64,000 nucleotides of DNA from Okamejei kenojei (GCA_035221665.1 CM069147.1:19964001-20028000), one strand, 5' to 3'; shown: positions 23,975 to 36,570, counted from the first letter of the stretch. Program-made: numbers and translations. Notes: a model not told the origin generated them from the letters alone.

Positions 23975-24865
23975 TGGGACCGACCCACCTCGCCGCCGCA
24001 CCAGGCCGACCCACCTCGCCGCCGCACCGGGCCGATCCACCTTGCGACCGCACCGGGCCGATCCACCTTGCTGCCGCACCGGGCCGACCCACCTTGCTGC
24101 CGCACTGGGGGCCTACCCAATTCGCTGCCACACCGGACCTATCAAACTTCGCCGCCCCACCGACCATCTGCCCACAGGGACCTTCAACGCTTTGCCCTCC
24201 GACCCTCGGCACTCCACCGCCCTCCAGCAGCCCGCAGCCGTCGCCTTACCTGCAGCCTGGACTCAGCAACGGGCCTGATGTTTCCACCAAAGATACTAGA
24301 AGAGCTCCTCTAGTATCTTTGGTTTCCACGCTGCAGATTCTCACTCCACTGGGTTAGACTGCGCTGGGTCCTAATGCTAGTCACCCCAACTCTGGTAACC
24401 TCAGTGGCTGTTCCACTGGGTCTTCCCCATTCCCCTCAAACCATGTGACCCCTGCTCTTCCCCACCCACACTACAGTCCTCATACCCCCGCTACCCCCCT
24501 GACCACCCTCCCACCAGACAACACCTCGGCCTCAGTCCACTCACCTGCCTTCCTCCGGCCACAATCCTCATCCGTGCCGTGTGTTCACCATCCCCCCCGA
24601 CCTCCCCCTCTCAGATACCGAATGGTTTGTCCGCAGCAGAGGCCTCACCTTTGTCCCCCTCCATACCCACCTCAATGAGTTCTGCACCCTCCGCGATTTG
24701 GAACTCTTCTTCCGTCGCCTCAGCCTCACACCGTTCTTCCATGGGAAGGAGTCCTCGCTCCCATTGATGATCCCTTTTCCCGTCTCCAATGGACCCCCTT
24801 CTCTTGGACCCCCCCCCCCGGACCATTTTATTTTAAACTGCCGGCGGGACATTAACCGCCTCAAC
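23975..24865 (+). mobile_element. Penelope 5' fragment nested in the hAT element
   Basis: FTIPPDLPLSDTE..SRGLTFVPL..LNEF..DLELFFRRL; homologous to 25730-26660 (-); 5' tandem CCGCACCGGGCCGA(T/C)CCACCTTG units. Confidence 0.8.
24288..24321. mobile_element. 34-bp P-element-type remnant (two fused 17-bp termini)
   Basis: CAAAGATACTAGAAGAG + CTCCTCTAGTATCTTTG (16/17 inverted); 8-bp TSD GTTTCCAC (24280-24287, 24322-24329); empty site visible in the paralogue at ~26340-26360. Confidence 0.8.
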
Positions 24866-25716
24866 AGCATATAATACCATGTAATTCTGTGTTCAGGGAA
24901 GTGGAGAGAGGACAGCCAAGTGTCTGTGTTGCTCACTTGGCTGGGTTTGTTTTCCTTGCCACTTCCATCGGCCAATAATTAGTAAAGTATTGAATTGGTC
25001 TACCAAACTGCTTTGTAAGTTGTCTGTTTATTAAGAAGTGAACCTGTTTGTTTAGTTATGTTAGCCTTTTTCAAGCAGATTTGATTCAGGTTTTGCAATA
25101 TAATTGTCAATAAGGAACAATTCTTTAAGAAATATTTCCCAACTATGGGACTTCCGAATCGGCCACGTCCTACCGGAGACCGCGGCTCCCGAAGTCCACA
25201 GGCTGAACTCGGCAGAGATTCACGCTGGCGGCCCTTGGCAAAGGGATCCCAGGGCTCCACAATGTTGAAATCAGCGCGGCCTAAGGCTGGGAGCTCCGCA
25301 AACCACAGCTCCATGATGTTGAAGCAGCAGGCACAACACTCCAGAGCTTCAAACGGCGATCCAGGTAAGGCATCGTCCGCTCCGTGATGAATCCAATATG
25401 TATTTTAAAACCAACTGTGTAATGACAACATACAGTAGGATCTAAAAGTGTCACTGTCACTGTCAGGTAGTCAGGGTCCTCCAGTCGTGGGGGTGGGGAA
25501 TTGGGAGGGGGGGGATTACAAGTGAAATAGCTTACGGCCTCCCTTCATCTAAATCCGGCCCAAGGCAGAGGTTCACTTGCACCTCCCCCAACCTCATTTA
25601 CTGTATCCATTGTTCAAGATGTGTACTCGTACATCGGTGAGATCAATAGCAAACTGGGCGAATGTTTCGCGGAACACCTTCGCTCAGCCCATGTAAACCA
25701 ACCTGATCTCCCGGTT

Positions 25717-26752
25717 ACACAAAAAGCTGGAGAGTGAGTCGATGGCAGTACGTTCAGGGCTGGAGAGATTGGAGTGAGACAGGGGGGTGGAGAAGTCGAG
25801 GCGGTTGATGTCCCGACGGCAGTTCTGGATAAATAGTTCTACAGCCGGAAGGCTACGAGGGGGGGTCCAAGTGGAGGCGGTACGTGGGAGACAGGAAAAC
25901 GGATCATCAGTGGGGGGGCGAGGGCTTCTTCCCGTGGAAGAACGCTGTGAGGCGGAGGCGACAGTAGAAGAGCTCCAAGTCGTGGTGGGCGCGGAACTCA
26001 TTGAGGTGGGGACGGAGGGGGACAAAGGTGAGACCTCTGCTGAGGACAGACCGTTCGATGTCGGAGAGGGGGAGGTCCGAGGGGATGGTGAACACGCGGC
26101 AAGGATGGGGGTTGTGGCCGGAGGAAGGCAGGTGAGTGGACTGAGGACGAAGCGTTGTGTGGTGGGGGGGTGGAGGGTGGGGGGGTATGGGGGCTGTGGT
26201 GTGGGTGGGGAAGAGCAGGGGTTACATGGTAGGGGGGGGATGGGGAAGACCTAGTGGAATAGCCACTAAGGTTACTGGGGCTGGGGAGACGGGCACTAGG
26301 ACCCAGTGCCATTAAGGACAGAGTGGTGGGAGGAGTTAGCAACGTGGAGGCTTCAGGCCCACTGCAGAGTCCAGTCTGCAGGTGAGGCGACGGCTGCGGG
26401 CTGCTGGAGGGCGGTGGAGTGTCGTGGGTCGGCGGACCCGAAGGTAGGAGTCCGCGGGCAGTAGAGTCGGGGTCGGCGGGCGATGCGTTGGAGGTCCCGG
26501 TGGGCGGGTGGTCGGTCCGACCGGTGAGGCGGCGAGATGAGTGGGGTGCGGTGCGGCGGCCGTGTTCGGGGAGCCCCGGTCCGGCGGCGATGCAAGGTGA
26601 GGCGGGTGCGGCTGTGGTCTTCGGCGGGCCCAGTACACCGGCGATGCTGGATGGGCCCGGTGCAGCGATGGCTCCCTACGGAGACAGTTTCACAACCTCC
26701 TCTCTAACCTCCCTACGGAGACAGTTTCACAACCTCCTCTCTAACTTTAAAA
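25717..26752 (-). mobile_element. Internally deleted Penelope insertion
   Basis: 14-bp TSD CTGATCTCCCGGTT (25703-25716, 26753-26766); FTIPSDLPLSDIERSVLSRGLTFVPLRPHLNEF. Confidence 0.8.
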
Positions 26753-26931
26753 CTGATCTCCCGGTTGCTGGGCACTTTAATTCTCTTTCCCATTCCTACA
26801 CAGACCTTTCTGGCCTCGGTCTCCTTCATTGTCAGCGAGAGGCTAAATGCAAATTGGAGGAACAGCATCTCATATTTCGTTTGGGCAGCTTACAGCCCAG
26901 TGGTATGAATATTGATTTATCTCATTTCAGC

Positions 26932-27739
26932 GTGAGTCAGGCACTCTGCAAGATAGCGAGGGAGAGGCCACGACTGTCATTCTGAGCTGTGAATCAACTG
27001 AACTGTGAGTTTGAAATGTACTTGCAATAAATGATTTGTTAGCCCTTAATGACAATGCCATGAGTTGTTTGGCCTGCTACCCTGCCTGTGCTTGAAAGTG
27101 CTATGCTTAATTGGAAATGAAATGAAATGATAATGCCATGAATTGTTTGGCCTGCTTCCCTACCAGTGCTTGAAACTGCAATGCTTTATTAGGTCCGACT
27201 GTTTGGAAGGAATAAATGCTTTATTAGGTCCGACTGTGTTTGGAAGAAATAAATGCTTTATTGGGTCCGACTGTTTAGTCCAAAAGTCCCGCTTATTGCG
27301 TGACTTCCTCTTAGTAGACAGGTCGCGATGATTGCGTAATTTCCGGTGAGTGCAGGGGTCGCTCTGATTGCGTAATTTCCGGTAAGTGCAGAGGTCATAC
27401 TGATTGCGGAAGTGCTGCTGACTGAGGAGGCCCCAGCCATGTGAGTGGATTCAAGAATGTTTNNNNNNNNNNNNNNNNNNNNNNNNNNNNNNNNNNNNNN
27501 NNNNNNNNNNNNNNNNNNNNNNNNNNNNNNNNNNNNNNNNNNNNNNNNNNNNNNNNNNNNNNNNNNNNNNNNNNNNNNNNNNNNNNNNNNNNNNNNNNNN
27601 NNNNNNNNNNNNNNNNNNNNNNNNNNNNNNNNNNNNNNNNNNNNNNNNNNNNNNNNNNNNNNNNNNNNNGTGGAATATTGCATTGGGGGACCAGCCCCCT
27701 CGTGTGAAGCTGGGACCCAATGGGTCCCATTTAGTCTAG
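26932..27739 (+). mobile_element. Helitron-like non-autonomous element spanning the assembly gap
   Basis: Hairpin TGGGACCCA-A-TGGGTCCCA (27711-27729) then CTAG (27736-27739) followed by T; internal tandem repeats 27180-27275. Linkage across the gap is assumed. Confidence 0.55.
27463..27669. other. Assembly gap (N run)
   Basis: 207 consecutive N. Confidence 1.
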
Positions 27740-28042
27740 TTTAAGTTAAACTCTGAAAGATGTACTGTGCTGGGATAGTGCCAAGGTAAACAACATTCAA
27801 ATAAATGAAGGGCATAGAGGTGTGGATCGTGTTCACCGGATATCCACCAAACATCAGAAAATGTTGTGTTTGTTAGTTTTTGGTTATAACCTGTTTATAA
27901 ATCTTATATTTTATCATGTTTATAGATTGTTCTTGCTGCCAAATGATTGGAAGTGTAAAATCACATTCTTTGTTTCATTATTAGAAGTGAAAACAAATTA
28001 CCTAGCCTTTTTTAAATCCCCTTTCATCTTAATCACATCTTA

Positions 28043-28399
28043 AGGGTCTGTCCCACTAGGCGATTTTTTTAGCCGACTGTCAGCGACTACTTCGATGGAA
28101 TTCACCGAAGTCAGCACCAGCGACAACCTACGTCATCCTGGCGACAACCTACACCATCCAGACGATAACCTACGACAGCACCTACGTCAGGAGAAGACAA
28201 GCTACGACAAGGCCACGGTCGCCAACTGTCGCCGAAAAGTTTTGAACATTTCAAAATCCAGCGGCGACCAGAAAAACGCTACGACTCTGGGCGACTGAGG
28301 AGACTACTCACGACTATACAGGCGACACTCCGGTGACCATGTGGTGACAGCCTAGTCGCCGGCAGTCACCTAAAAATTCGCCGAAGTGGGACAGGCCCT
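28043..28399. mobile_element. PIF/Harbinger-type MITE
   Basis: TIRs AGGGTCTGTCCCACT / AGTGGGACAGGCCCT; left flank TTA; same termini as 47194-47670. Confidence 0.75.
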
Positions 28400-28754
28400 T
28401 TCCTTTCCCCTTTCATTCCCTTTGCACATGTGCTGCAGTTTTGAATTGAATGTCCTAAATTCACAGTCTGTGATGTGCATGGCTTGAGGATAATTCTTTA
28501 GTCATCTTGTTTAAGGAGACATGTCCCAGATTCCCTGTCCTATTTCAACACTCTGATTACAGCACATTACGTGTCTGTGTGGTGAGCATTAATCTTTTGT
28601 CATTGACAGCAAAATCTGGATTGTTGAGTCGTGCTAGTAATGTTTCCCTTTCAAACCTTGGGTTCTAGGTTTGGAATCTAGCTTTAATATGTATATAATA
28701 TTGTTAAACATGTTATTATATTTAATTATTATTATCTAATAATTATCAGATTTT

Positions 28755-29250
28755 ATCTGGGGCCCGGGTCGGCACCGCGGAGGCCTCAGGAGAGGACTCG
28801 GCAGCGTTGTAGATAGGTCGGTGCATGGCCAATGATGACGCTGACTGATGGACGGCACGGACATGTGAAGTGGGGCATTGGCAGCGATGAGGCCTTGGCA
28901 GTGGTGAAGTCTCACGGCGGCAATGCCTCGCGGGTCGACGTAAGCGTGGCGGGACCGCCGTGGGGGGGGGTTAAAGAACAATGGAGGACCCAGCGTGGAG
29001 GGACTGCAGTGGGGTGGGGAGGAGGGGGAATATCAATGGACAATAAGCAGAGAGGGGGAGGACCAAAGAACAATGGGGACCCTGCGGGGGAAACCGATGT
29101 GGGGGGGGGCGAACAAAAGGAGGAGCCGGCGTGCTTTGTAACTTTGTCAGCGCTGTAGCTGGCCGCTGTTTGTACTGTATACATTGGGTGTGCAAGCAAA
29201 GAATTTCACTGTGCCAATCACATGTGACAATAATGTATTCCATTCCATCC
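28755..29250 (+). mobile_element. SINE-like element with LINE-type tail
   Basis: Ends CAAAGAATTTCACTGTG..GTGACAATAA + (CATTC)n, like the Rex-type tail at ~46215-46260. Confidence 0.5.
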
Positions 29251-29789
29251 ACGTGTACAGCATAGTGAAAATCAAAACAAAAATACTGCAGCTAGTAGAA
29301 ATCTGAGACAAAGGCTGACAAGACTGGAAACGGGCAGCATAGAAAGAGAAATGTTAATGTTATTGGACCTGTTGAAAGTTTTTATCAATTTCGGTCTTTG
29401 TGCAGCATATACTAGTTACTAAATGACTTGTAATGTAGGCATTTACCAGGCACTGAGTACATAATAGAACAATTATGCATTTTGTAACAGGATAATCGTA
29501 ATAAAGAAGGAATATGATGTATGCACTACTGTAAAAAAAAAACTGTCCTTTCACTTCTAAAGCCAAATTTATTTCAAAATGTGATGAAAGGCTCTTCTCG
29601 CAAATGTCATTTAAGAGGTATTATCAACAATAAATGTTGGGTAATCGCTGCTCTTTTAGTCATAAATGGATGGGATAATAGTGTACACATAATTTCTCTC
29701 TTAGGGAACCCTTAAAGATGGCACAAATGGACATGGGGAAAAAAACATGATTAAATCACTTATTAGTTGTGTAACGATGTTACAGTATG

Positions 29790-30145
29790 CAAGGTTGAGG
29801 GGAGACTTGACAGAAATATATGAAATTATGAGAGGAATAAATAGGGTAGACAATCAGAACAGTTTTCTCAATGGTGGAAATGTCCAATATTAGAGTGGAT
29901 AGCTATAAGATATGCGGACAAGTTTTTTTACACAGAGACAAGTAGGGACCTGGAATATATTGCCAGGGGATGTGATAAAGGCAGATGTGATAGTGGCATT
30001 TAAGAGGCTTTTAGATAAGCATATGTAGTGCAGGGAATTGAGGAATATGTACATGGAGATGAGATCAGTTTAACTGGGCATCATGTTCGGTGCAAACATT
30101 GTGGTCCAAAGGGCCTGTTCCTGTGCTGCAAAGTTCTATGTTATG
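29790..30145 (+). mobile_element. Old CR1 3' end
   Basis: AGGTTGAGGGGAGACTTGA..GGGCCTGTTCCTGTGCTG..TTCTATGTTATGTT. Confidence 0.7.
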
Positions 30146-31442
30146 TTTATATCAATTTCTGGGACAGATAATCTAGTTCCTTTCATTTATTTGGTATTTT
30201 ACCTGCAACATAACTGAATGTTCACATAAAGAGCATTAGAATACACACCATTAGGATAAAGTGTGTGATTTTTGCATTCATTCATTAAATGTGTGGTTTC
30301 TATATTAATTTGTACTTGCCTCATCTGATTGTTCTCCTGTTGCTGTGCCCAAATGATCCCATAATTCTAGCCAGCAAAACAGAAAAAGTACGCCCAAGCA
30401 TAATAAAACACATGGCATTTTAGAATGATATCATGTGCAATGATGTCTCAATGACATTGTACGCAGTGCATATATAATCACTTTGCAATGGCAGTGAGAT
30501 TGCCATTGCACATTGTCATATCCCAATAACAACATGAGCGAATGAGTTAAGATAAATATTTTCTTATCAAATATTTGCATATGTTGTTGAGTGTAAATTC
30601 CTACAACAACCATGATAATGTTTTGCCCAGCTTGCCCTTGAGATGTTTGACTTTCACAGTAATATGTGTGGTCAGTTCTGTCAAGGTTAAATAAACAAAA
30701 GGGTGGCTGTTTACTAAGACCCATGATGAGCATGTAGATGTGCAGCTAAATCAATTAGAGAAAGTACAGCTGTTATGCCGATAATCCCTTTGACATTTGT
30801 GAAATCAGTGCTGAACTGGAAGAGAGGCTGTTCTAATTGGAGGTTCCCTATATGTTGCTTGTTTATTTGGGATTTATCCAAACAGTACTGCATTTACTAA
30901 GAGCATTTGTGCAGCAGCTAGTCACTTTGAAACATTTAAATTGATTTGAATGTCACTGTATGAAAAGGAAACCTTTAACAGAATTAAAATTACAGATTCC
31001 AGTGTAATACCTCTGTGAATATGCCTAGCCAGAGTTATTTTGCCTGACAAATGGGTGGTAGCTTGCCAGCAAATTAGGTCAGGAAGGACTATGAGGTAAA
31101 AGAGAATTGGAAGTGGGGATTGGGTTGGAGTGGAGAGACATTCTTAGAGGGAAAAGACCAGGGGCTCAAAGTGTAAAAAAAAAAATGGAACTGGAGGAGA
31201 AAGAGCAGGGATCTATCAGGAAGAGCTGAAGACTGAAGCAAAGAGGGGGAGGGCAGAAGAATGGAATAAAGGAAAGCTAAACAGATCCTAAGGGATAGGA
31301 TGTGGCATCAGCATTAGCCATGTTAATGGGGGAAAGGGATTGGAAAGTGGAGCGATGAGACATTCAGAAGAATCTGTCAGAGTATATAGTTTCTAAAGTG
31401 GGTACATGAGATTAGAGTGATAGGAGAGTTAGGGGAAAAGAG

Positions 31443-34400
31443 AATCAAATACACAGGACTAGATGTTAAGAAGTCCCTTGTGCCAGTAGGTGGGGAGCAT
31501 TTCACGACATTCATTGATTGCTGAGAGTGGGCGACGCTCAACAACAGGGCGGGGGCGGGGGGGGGGGTACGTATACGTATATCTTGGCCTGGGTAACCTT
31601 CAGGACAGTTGGGCACAGAACACATCATCAGTAGTGTACCCTTGCATCACTGGGTGTTTCGGCCTTTTAACACTATACACCCTCCACAAGGGCGGCCCGC
31701 TGCAGGATGATCAGCGTGTCCCGTGTCAAACTGCCTCAAAGATTCACCATGACGTATTTGGGGCCCAGCATGGGTCTTTCCGCTTGAGCTAAATCCAACA
31801 GCTGCTTCTTTCAGCCGCGTCTGAGAGTGATCTTATGGTCTTCCGCAGAGCCTGACCGTGGATTCCAAGCTCCTTCAGCAGTCTGATGGTAGATGACGCA
31901 ACAAGTCCTCTGCATCCCACTTCAACTGGATAAACGTTGATGTTCCAGCCACGCTGTGTTCCCTCTGCTGCAAGCTCTATGTAGCGCAGCTTCTTACGCT
32001 CATAGGCCTCCACAACAGAGTTCTCCCATGGAACTGTGAGCTCTATGATGTAAGCAGTCTTCTGTGAAAGGGACCAGAACACCAAATCTGGCCTGAGGTT
32101 GGTTGAAGCAATTTCAGGTGGAAAGATTAGTTGTCGGCCGATGTCCGCCAGCATCCTCCAGTCATGGGCCCTGCATAGGTTTCCTTCTTCTGATCTAGTG
32201 GAAGGATGTTTAGGTGTTTTCTGTCCTTCTCGGACAAAGGTTGTCGCCCTTAAGTGGGAGGGGTTGCTTGCTCTCGGAGGCAAGGAGTTGGTCACACACA
32301 GCCTGTTCTCAAGGGCTGTTGCCAGGCTTTTTAATACCTGATTATGCCGCCACGTGTATCTCCCTTGCGTGAGGCTGGTCTTGCAGCCTACCATGATGTG
32401 TTTGAGGGTCGCTGGAGTTGGGCAGAGGGCACAGGTTGGATCCTGGCCGTACCACTGATTGAGGTTCTTTGGTGATGGAAGGATGTCGTATGTCGCTCTG
32501 ATGATGAAGCTGATCTTGCTTGATTCCATTTCCCATAGTTCTTTCCAGCTGATCTTCCTCCGCTCCACACCTTCCCACTGCATCCATTGCCCCTGTTTGG
32601 CAAGACAGACCGCCTTTGCACTTCTTGCGGCCTCCTCCTGTCGCCGCACCTCCTCAACCACCAATGTCCTCCGCTCTGATGTTGTGGCCTTTCGCCAAGC
32701 TGGTTTACTTGTCGTAAGGCCAAAGCCTCCTCTTCCCTGCTGCACTTGCCCCACGACGTCTTTGTGCCTCAGGGCTGATGAAGCTTGCTGTACTGCATCA
32801 GATGGTGTCCACTTCCAGCCCGTTACTAGGGGCGGCGCAACAGCACTGATGGTCTTGTCTCTAGAGTCCCTCAGTGTCATCTGGAGTCTTACTTTGGAAC
32901 ACTTGTATTCCTCTGTTAGACTAGTGAGAGGTAGTTCCAGGGCCCCTTTGCCATAGAGGCCGATGTTAGTTAGACATCGTGGGACACCGAGCCATTCCTT
33001 CGCATATGAAGTTATGGTTCGCTCCATCTTCTCCACAGTTGTTATTGGAGCTTCATAAACGGTCAGTGGCCACATTGTCCGAGGAAGGAGTCCAAACTGT
33101 AGGCACCAGAGCTTCAGTTTCCCAGGCAGTAGGGTCTGATTGATGATCTCCAGGCCGTTGACAATTTCTTGCCTTAATTATTGCACCTGCTCTTTGTCCT
33201 TGAGACTTGCATTGTACCATCTGCCCAGGCTTTTTACTGGCTGCTCAGACACTGTTGGTATTAGGTCGTCACCGATGCAGAACCTTGTGTCTCTAAGCAC
33301 CCCCTTAACTATGGAGATGCTTCGAGACTTACTTGGTTTGATTTTCATTCGGGCCCACTTGATGTTCTCCTGCAGCTTTCCAAGTAGCCGCTTGGTGCAT
33401 GCTGCAGTAGTGGTTATTGTTGTCATATCGTCCATGTATGCCCTGATGGGTGGCAGACGGAGCCCAGCACCCATTTTGTGGCCCTGATGATGACTTCCAT
33501 GGCCATTGTAAAGGCCAAGGGTGAGACTGTGCAGCCTGCCATGATGCCTACTTCCAAGCGCTGCCATGTTGTACTGAATTCAGCTGTTGTGAAGCACAGC
33601 TGCAGGTCTTGGAAATAGTTCTTGACCAGTGTGGTGATGAGCTCTGGTACATGGAAAAAGGCAAAAGATTCCCAAAGGAGTTCATGTGGAACTGAACCAA
33701 ATGCATTGGCCAGATCGAGGAAGATCACATGTAGGTCTCTCTTGTCCTTCTTAGCTGCTTGGATCTGGTGCCAGATCATGCTTGTATGCTCCAAGCAGCC
33801 CGAAAATCCTGGAATTCCTGCTTTCTGTACAGATGTATCAATGTACTTGTTTGTTACAAGATAGGTGGATAGCCTTTGTGATACAATGTTGAAAAAGATT
33901 TTTCCCTCGACGTTGAGGAGACATATTGGCCGGAATTGGCTGATGTCTGATGCATCCTTTTCTTTAGGTATTAGTACGCCGCCGGCCCTTCGCCACACCT
34001 TAGGTATTGTTTGCTTCTTCCACACCACCCTCATGAGCTTCCATAGAAAGCGTAACACATCCGGTGCATTCTTGTAGAGCTTGTATGGTACTCCGTTTGG
34101 CCCCGGAGCTGATGCTGCTCTTGCTCGCCGGACCTCTTTCCATTTCGGAGGGCTGGTGTCCAGGTTGAATTCAGGTGGTTGAATAGGCGGGATGTCATGT
34201 GGGATGACTAACTGCTCATGCCTTTTCGTGTCTTGGTGGGCCTTTTCCAGGTGTTCCTCCAATTCTTGTTTTGATGTTTTCAAAGTTCCACTTTTTTCCT
34301 TTGCGAAGAGGTCTTTGATGAACTTGAAAGGGTCTTTGTAGAACCGTGTTCTTGTGTGTTCTTTATTCTTGCGAAGTTTTCTCATGTTCTCTGCTTTTCG

Positions 34401-35356
34401 TAAGGTTGCCAATCGGCTCTTGATGTCCTCTTGGAGTAGCATGAGACCTTCTCTCTCTGCGTCAGTTGCTTTTTTCCATTGCTTTTTCAACTGTCTCCTC
34501 TCTCTGATTAGCCTCTCGATCTAATGCTGCCTCCTGGACTTGATTGGTGTTGGTAACTTCTTTCCACCTCTCCCTTTACTCACCCCAAACCGTTCTTCTC
34601 CATAACTGTAGATTATGTTGCCCATCCTTTCAAGCTTTTCCACTGCTGTGCCCACTTGTTGCTCCAAGATATGTATAAGGTCACTGTTGACCGTCTCCCA
34701 CTCTTTCTTTTCAACAGCTTTGGGCCACTTCAGGTTTGTGCCCTTTGATCTTTCCCTCTAATGGAGGTCTTTGTAGTTGTTGCGTGGGCTCAACCACCGG
34801 CATTTCTGTGCTTGGGTGCTGATGCTCTGCGAACTTTGGTTTGTGTCCCGTCGCTGTGCTTCATTCGACTGATTTGACTGGTTGCTTCGTAAGAAGTACT
34901 GGTCAATGCGAGGCCCACGTCTCTGCTCTCTCTCGAGCACTTTTTCCTCCCTAGGTGGATCTTCAAGCCCATCATTGATGTTCTTTTCTCCCAACCACAG
35001 ATGCACACCTGAAGTTTGTGTCCCGCAGCTGTTGTGGATGTCTCATGTGCCATGCTCTCCTTGTCCGTGGTCGTTTCTGTTCCTGGGTCTGTAACCGTGT
35101 TATCAATCGGTGAGCCATCTTGTGCCCCCGCTCTCGCAGGCTCTAGGTATTTCCTTTAATTTACTTTTTGTAGCATTTAGCGGGTGTCTCCAACTAGTTG
35201 AAACAGCGTTGGGGACTGCTGTCATGGGGAGCTAGCCCATGACGGCCCCATTGGCGTCTGTTCCCTCCTGTCAGCTGTCTCTCCAAGCTGTCACATGGAC
35301 TTTCCCATGTTGTCAGCTGTCCTTTCACAGCAGTCACTGGATAAGTCCAGATTTTC
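31443..35356 (-). mobile_element. Near full-length Hero-clade (R2-group, restriction-like endonuclease) non-LTR retrotransposon, ORF disrupted
   Basis: N-terminal zinc finger CICG..GLKIHLGRKKC; RT FLDLANAFGSVPH, GIMAGCTVSPLAF, YMDD; CALC..H..C knuckle; RHNQVL, RPDLV..IELTVPWE..KKLRY REL motifs; 74-bp flanking duplication. Confidence 0.9.
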
Positions 35357-35669
35357 AGAATCTGTCAGAGTATATAGTTTCTAAAGTGGGTACATGAGAT
35401 TAGAGTGAAAGGAGAGTTAGGGGAAGAGAGGACATTACTGTGAAGCTGATCAGAACAAAGGAGAAAGAGTAGGGCAATAGAATGGGGAAGAGGAAAAGGG
35501 TCTGTCAGGAAGAGCTACAGACTGAAACAAAGTATTAATTCAGCAGCTTGACGATGCTTTCAGTATCCTTGTACAATTTGCCATTTTTATCCTTAATAGG
35601 CCTTGTTACATTTCCACTGTTTTCACGCCTAGAAAACACTTTTGGATTCCCATCTATGTCCCATTTATT

Positions 35670-36570
35670 GTAGTCACATCACCTCCAACGGGATCCCACC
35701 ACTAGTCACATCTTCCCATCTCCATCCCTTTCCGCCTTCCACACAGACTGCTCCCTCCGCAACTCCCTAGTCACTTCATCCTTTCCGACCCAAACCACCC
35801 ATTCCCCAAGTACCTTTCCCTGCAGCCGCAGGAGATGCAACACCTGTTCCTATACCTCCTGCCTCGACTCTGTCCAGGGACCCCAACAGTCCTCTCAGGT
35901 TAGATAGGGGTTCACTTGCACCTCCTCCAACCTCATCTACTGTACTTGTTTTTCCAGGTGTAGACTCTTGTACATCGGCAAGACCAAACGTAGACTGGGC
36001 GATCGTTTCGCTGAACACCTTCGCTCAGTCCACCTGGGTCGTCTACATGATCTCCTGATTGCCAAACACTGTAACTCCCCATTCCCATACTGACCTCTCT
36101 GTCCTGAGCCTCCTCCATTGACAGAGTGAGCCCAAACACAAATTGGAGGAACAGCATCTCATATTTCTTACAACCCAGTGGAATGAATATGAATATTGAT
36201 TTTTCTAACTTCAAGTAACCTTTGCATCCCCATTCCCCCACCCTTGTTGTTGTACTAGTCTCACTGTCATCCTGGAGAATTTCTTTGCCTGTTTGACTAA
36301 TTTTCACCTAGTCCACAGCTAACAACGGACCGTTTCCTTTATCATCGTTATTTTTTTTGCATATCTTTCATTCATTTGTTCTATATCTCTTTATATCATC
36401 GTCGAAATCTCTCATTTCCCTTTTCTCCTCTTTCTCTTGACTTCTCAGTCTGAAAAATGGTCTCAACCTGAAACGGCACCTATTCCTATTCTCTGGAGAT
36501 GCTGTCTGACCGCTGAGTTACTCCAGCATTTTGTGTCTATATCGGTTTAAACCAGCATCTGCAGTTCCTA
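35670..36570 (+). mobile_element. Penelope 3' portion (GIY-YIG and terminus)
   Basis: LYIGKTKRRLGDRFAEHLRSV, KLEEQHL; degenerate hammerhead-like core ~36450. Confidence 0.85.

Larger units (their letters stand above)
23646..25563. mobile_element. Non-autonomous hAT-type element carrying nested fragments
   Basis: TIRs CAGGGCCGGATTTA / TAAATCCGGCCCAA; 8-bp TSD GGCAGAGG at 23638-23645 and 25564-25571. Confidence 0.8.
21880..26930 (+). mobile_element. Degenerate Penelope-like retroelement (RT + GIY-YIG) split by two nested insertions; host pieces ~21880-23645, 25564-25716, 26753-26930
   Basis: IIKPADKGG, FTMDVQSL, YLRYIDD, KLEEQHLIFRLGSLQPSGMNI; host sequence rejoins across TSDs. Confidence 0.88.

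Noticed and set aside
23980-24110. Regular ~27-bp tandem units resembling an array (also 27180-27275, 28120-28210)
   Set aside because: No unique spacers, eukaryotic context, internal to transposons; not CRISPR
27258-27744. ORFs spanning X residues
   Set aside because: Artefacts of the N gap
27760-27790. CWDS peptide plus AG/GTAAA resembling the NDRG4 MPECWDG exon
   Set aside because: No in-frame ATG-Pro-Glu; only 3 residues match; not CpG-rich
31620-31690. GAAAC...CTGATGA in the Hero 3' UTR as a permuted hammerhead
   Set aside because: Stem II strands (GGCC / TGTG) do not pair; more likely ordinary 3' UTR hairpins
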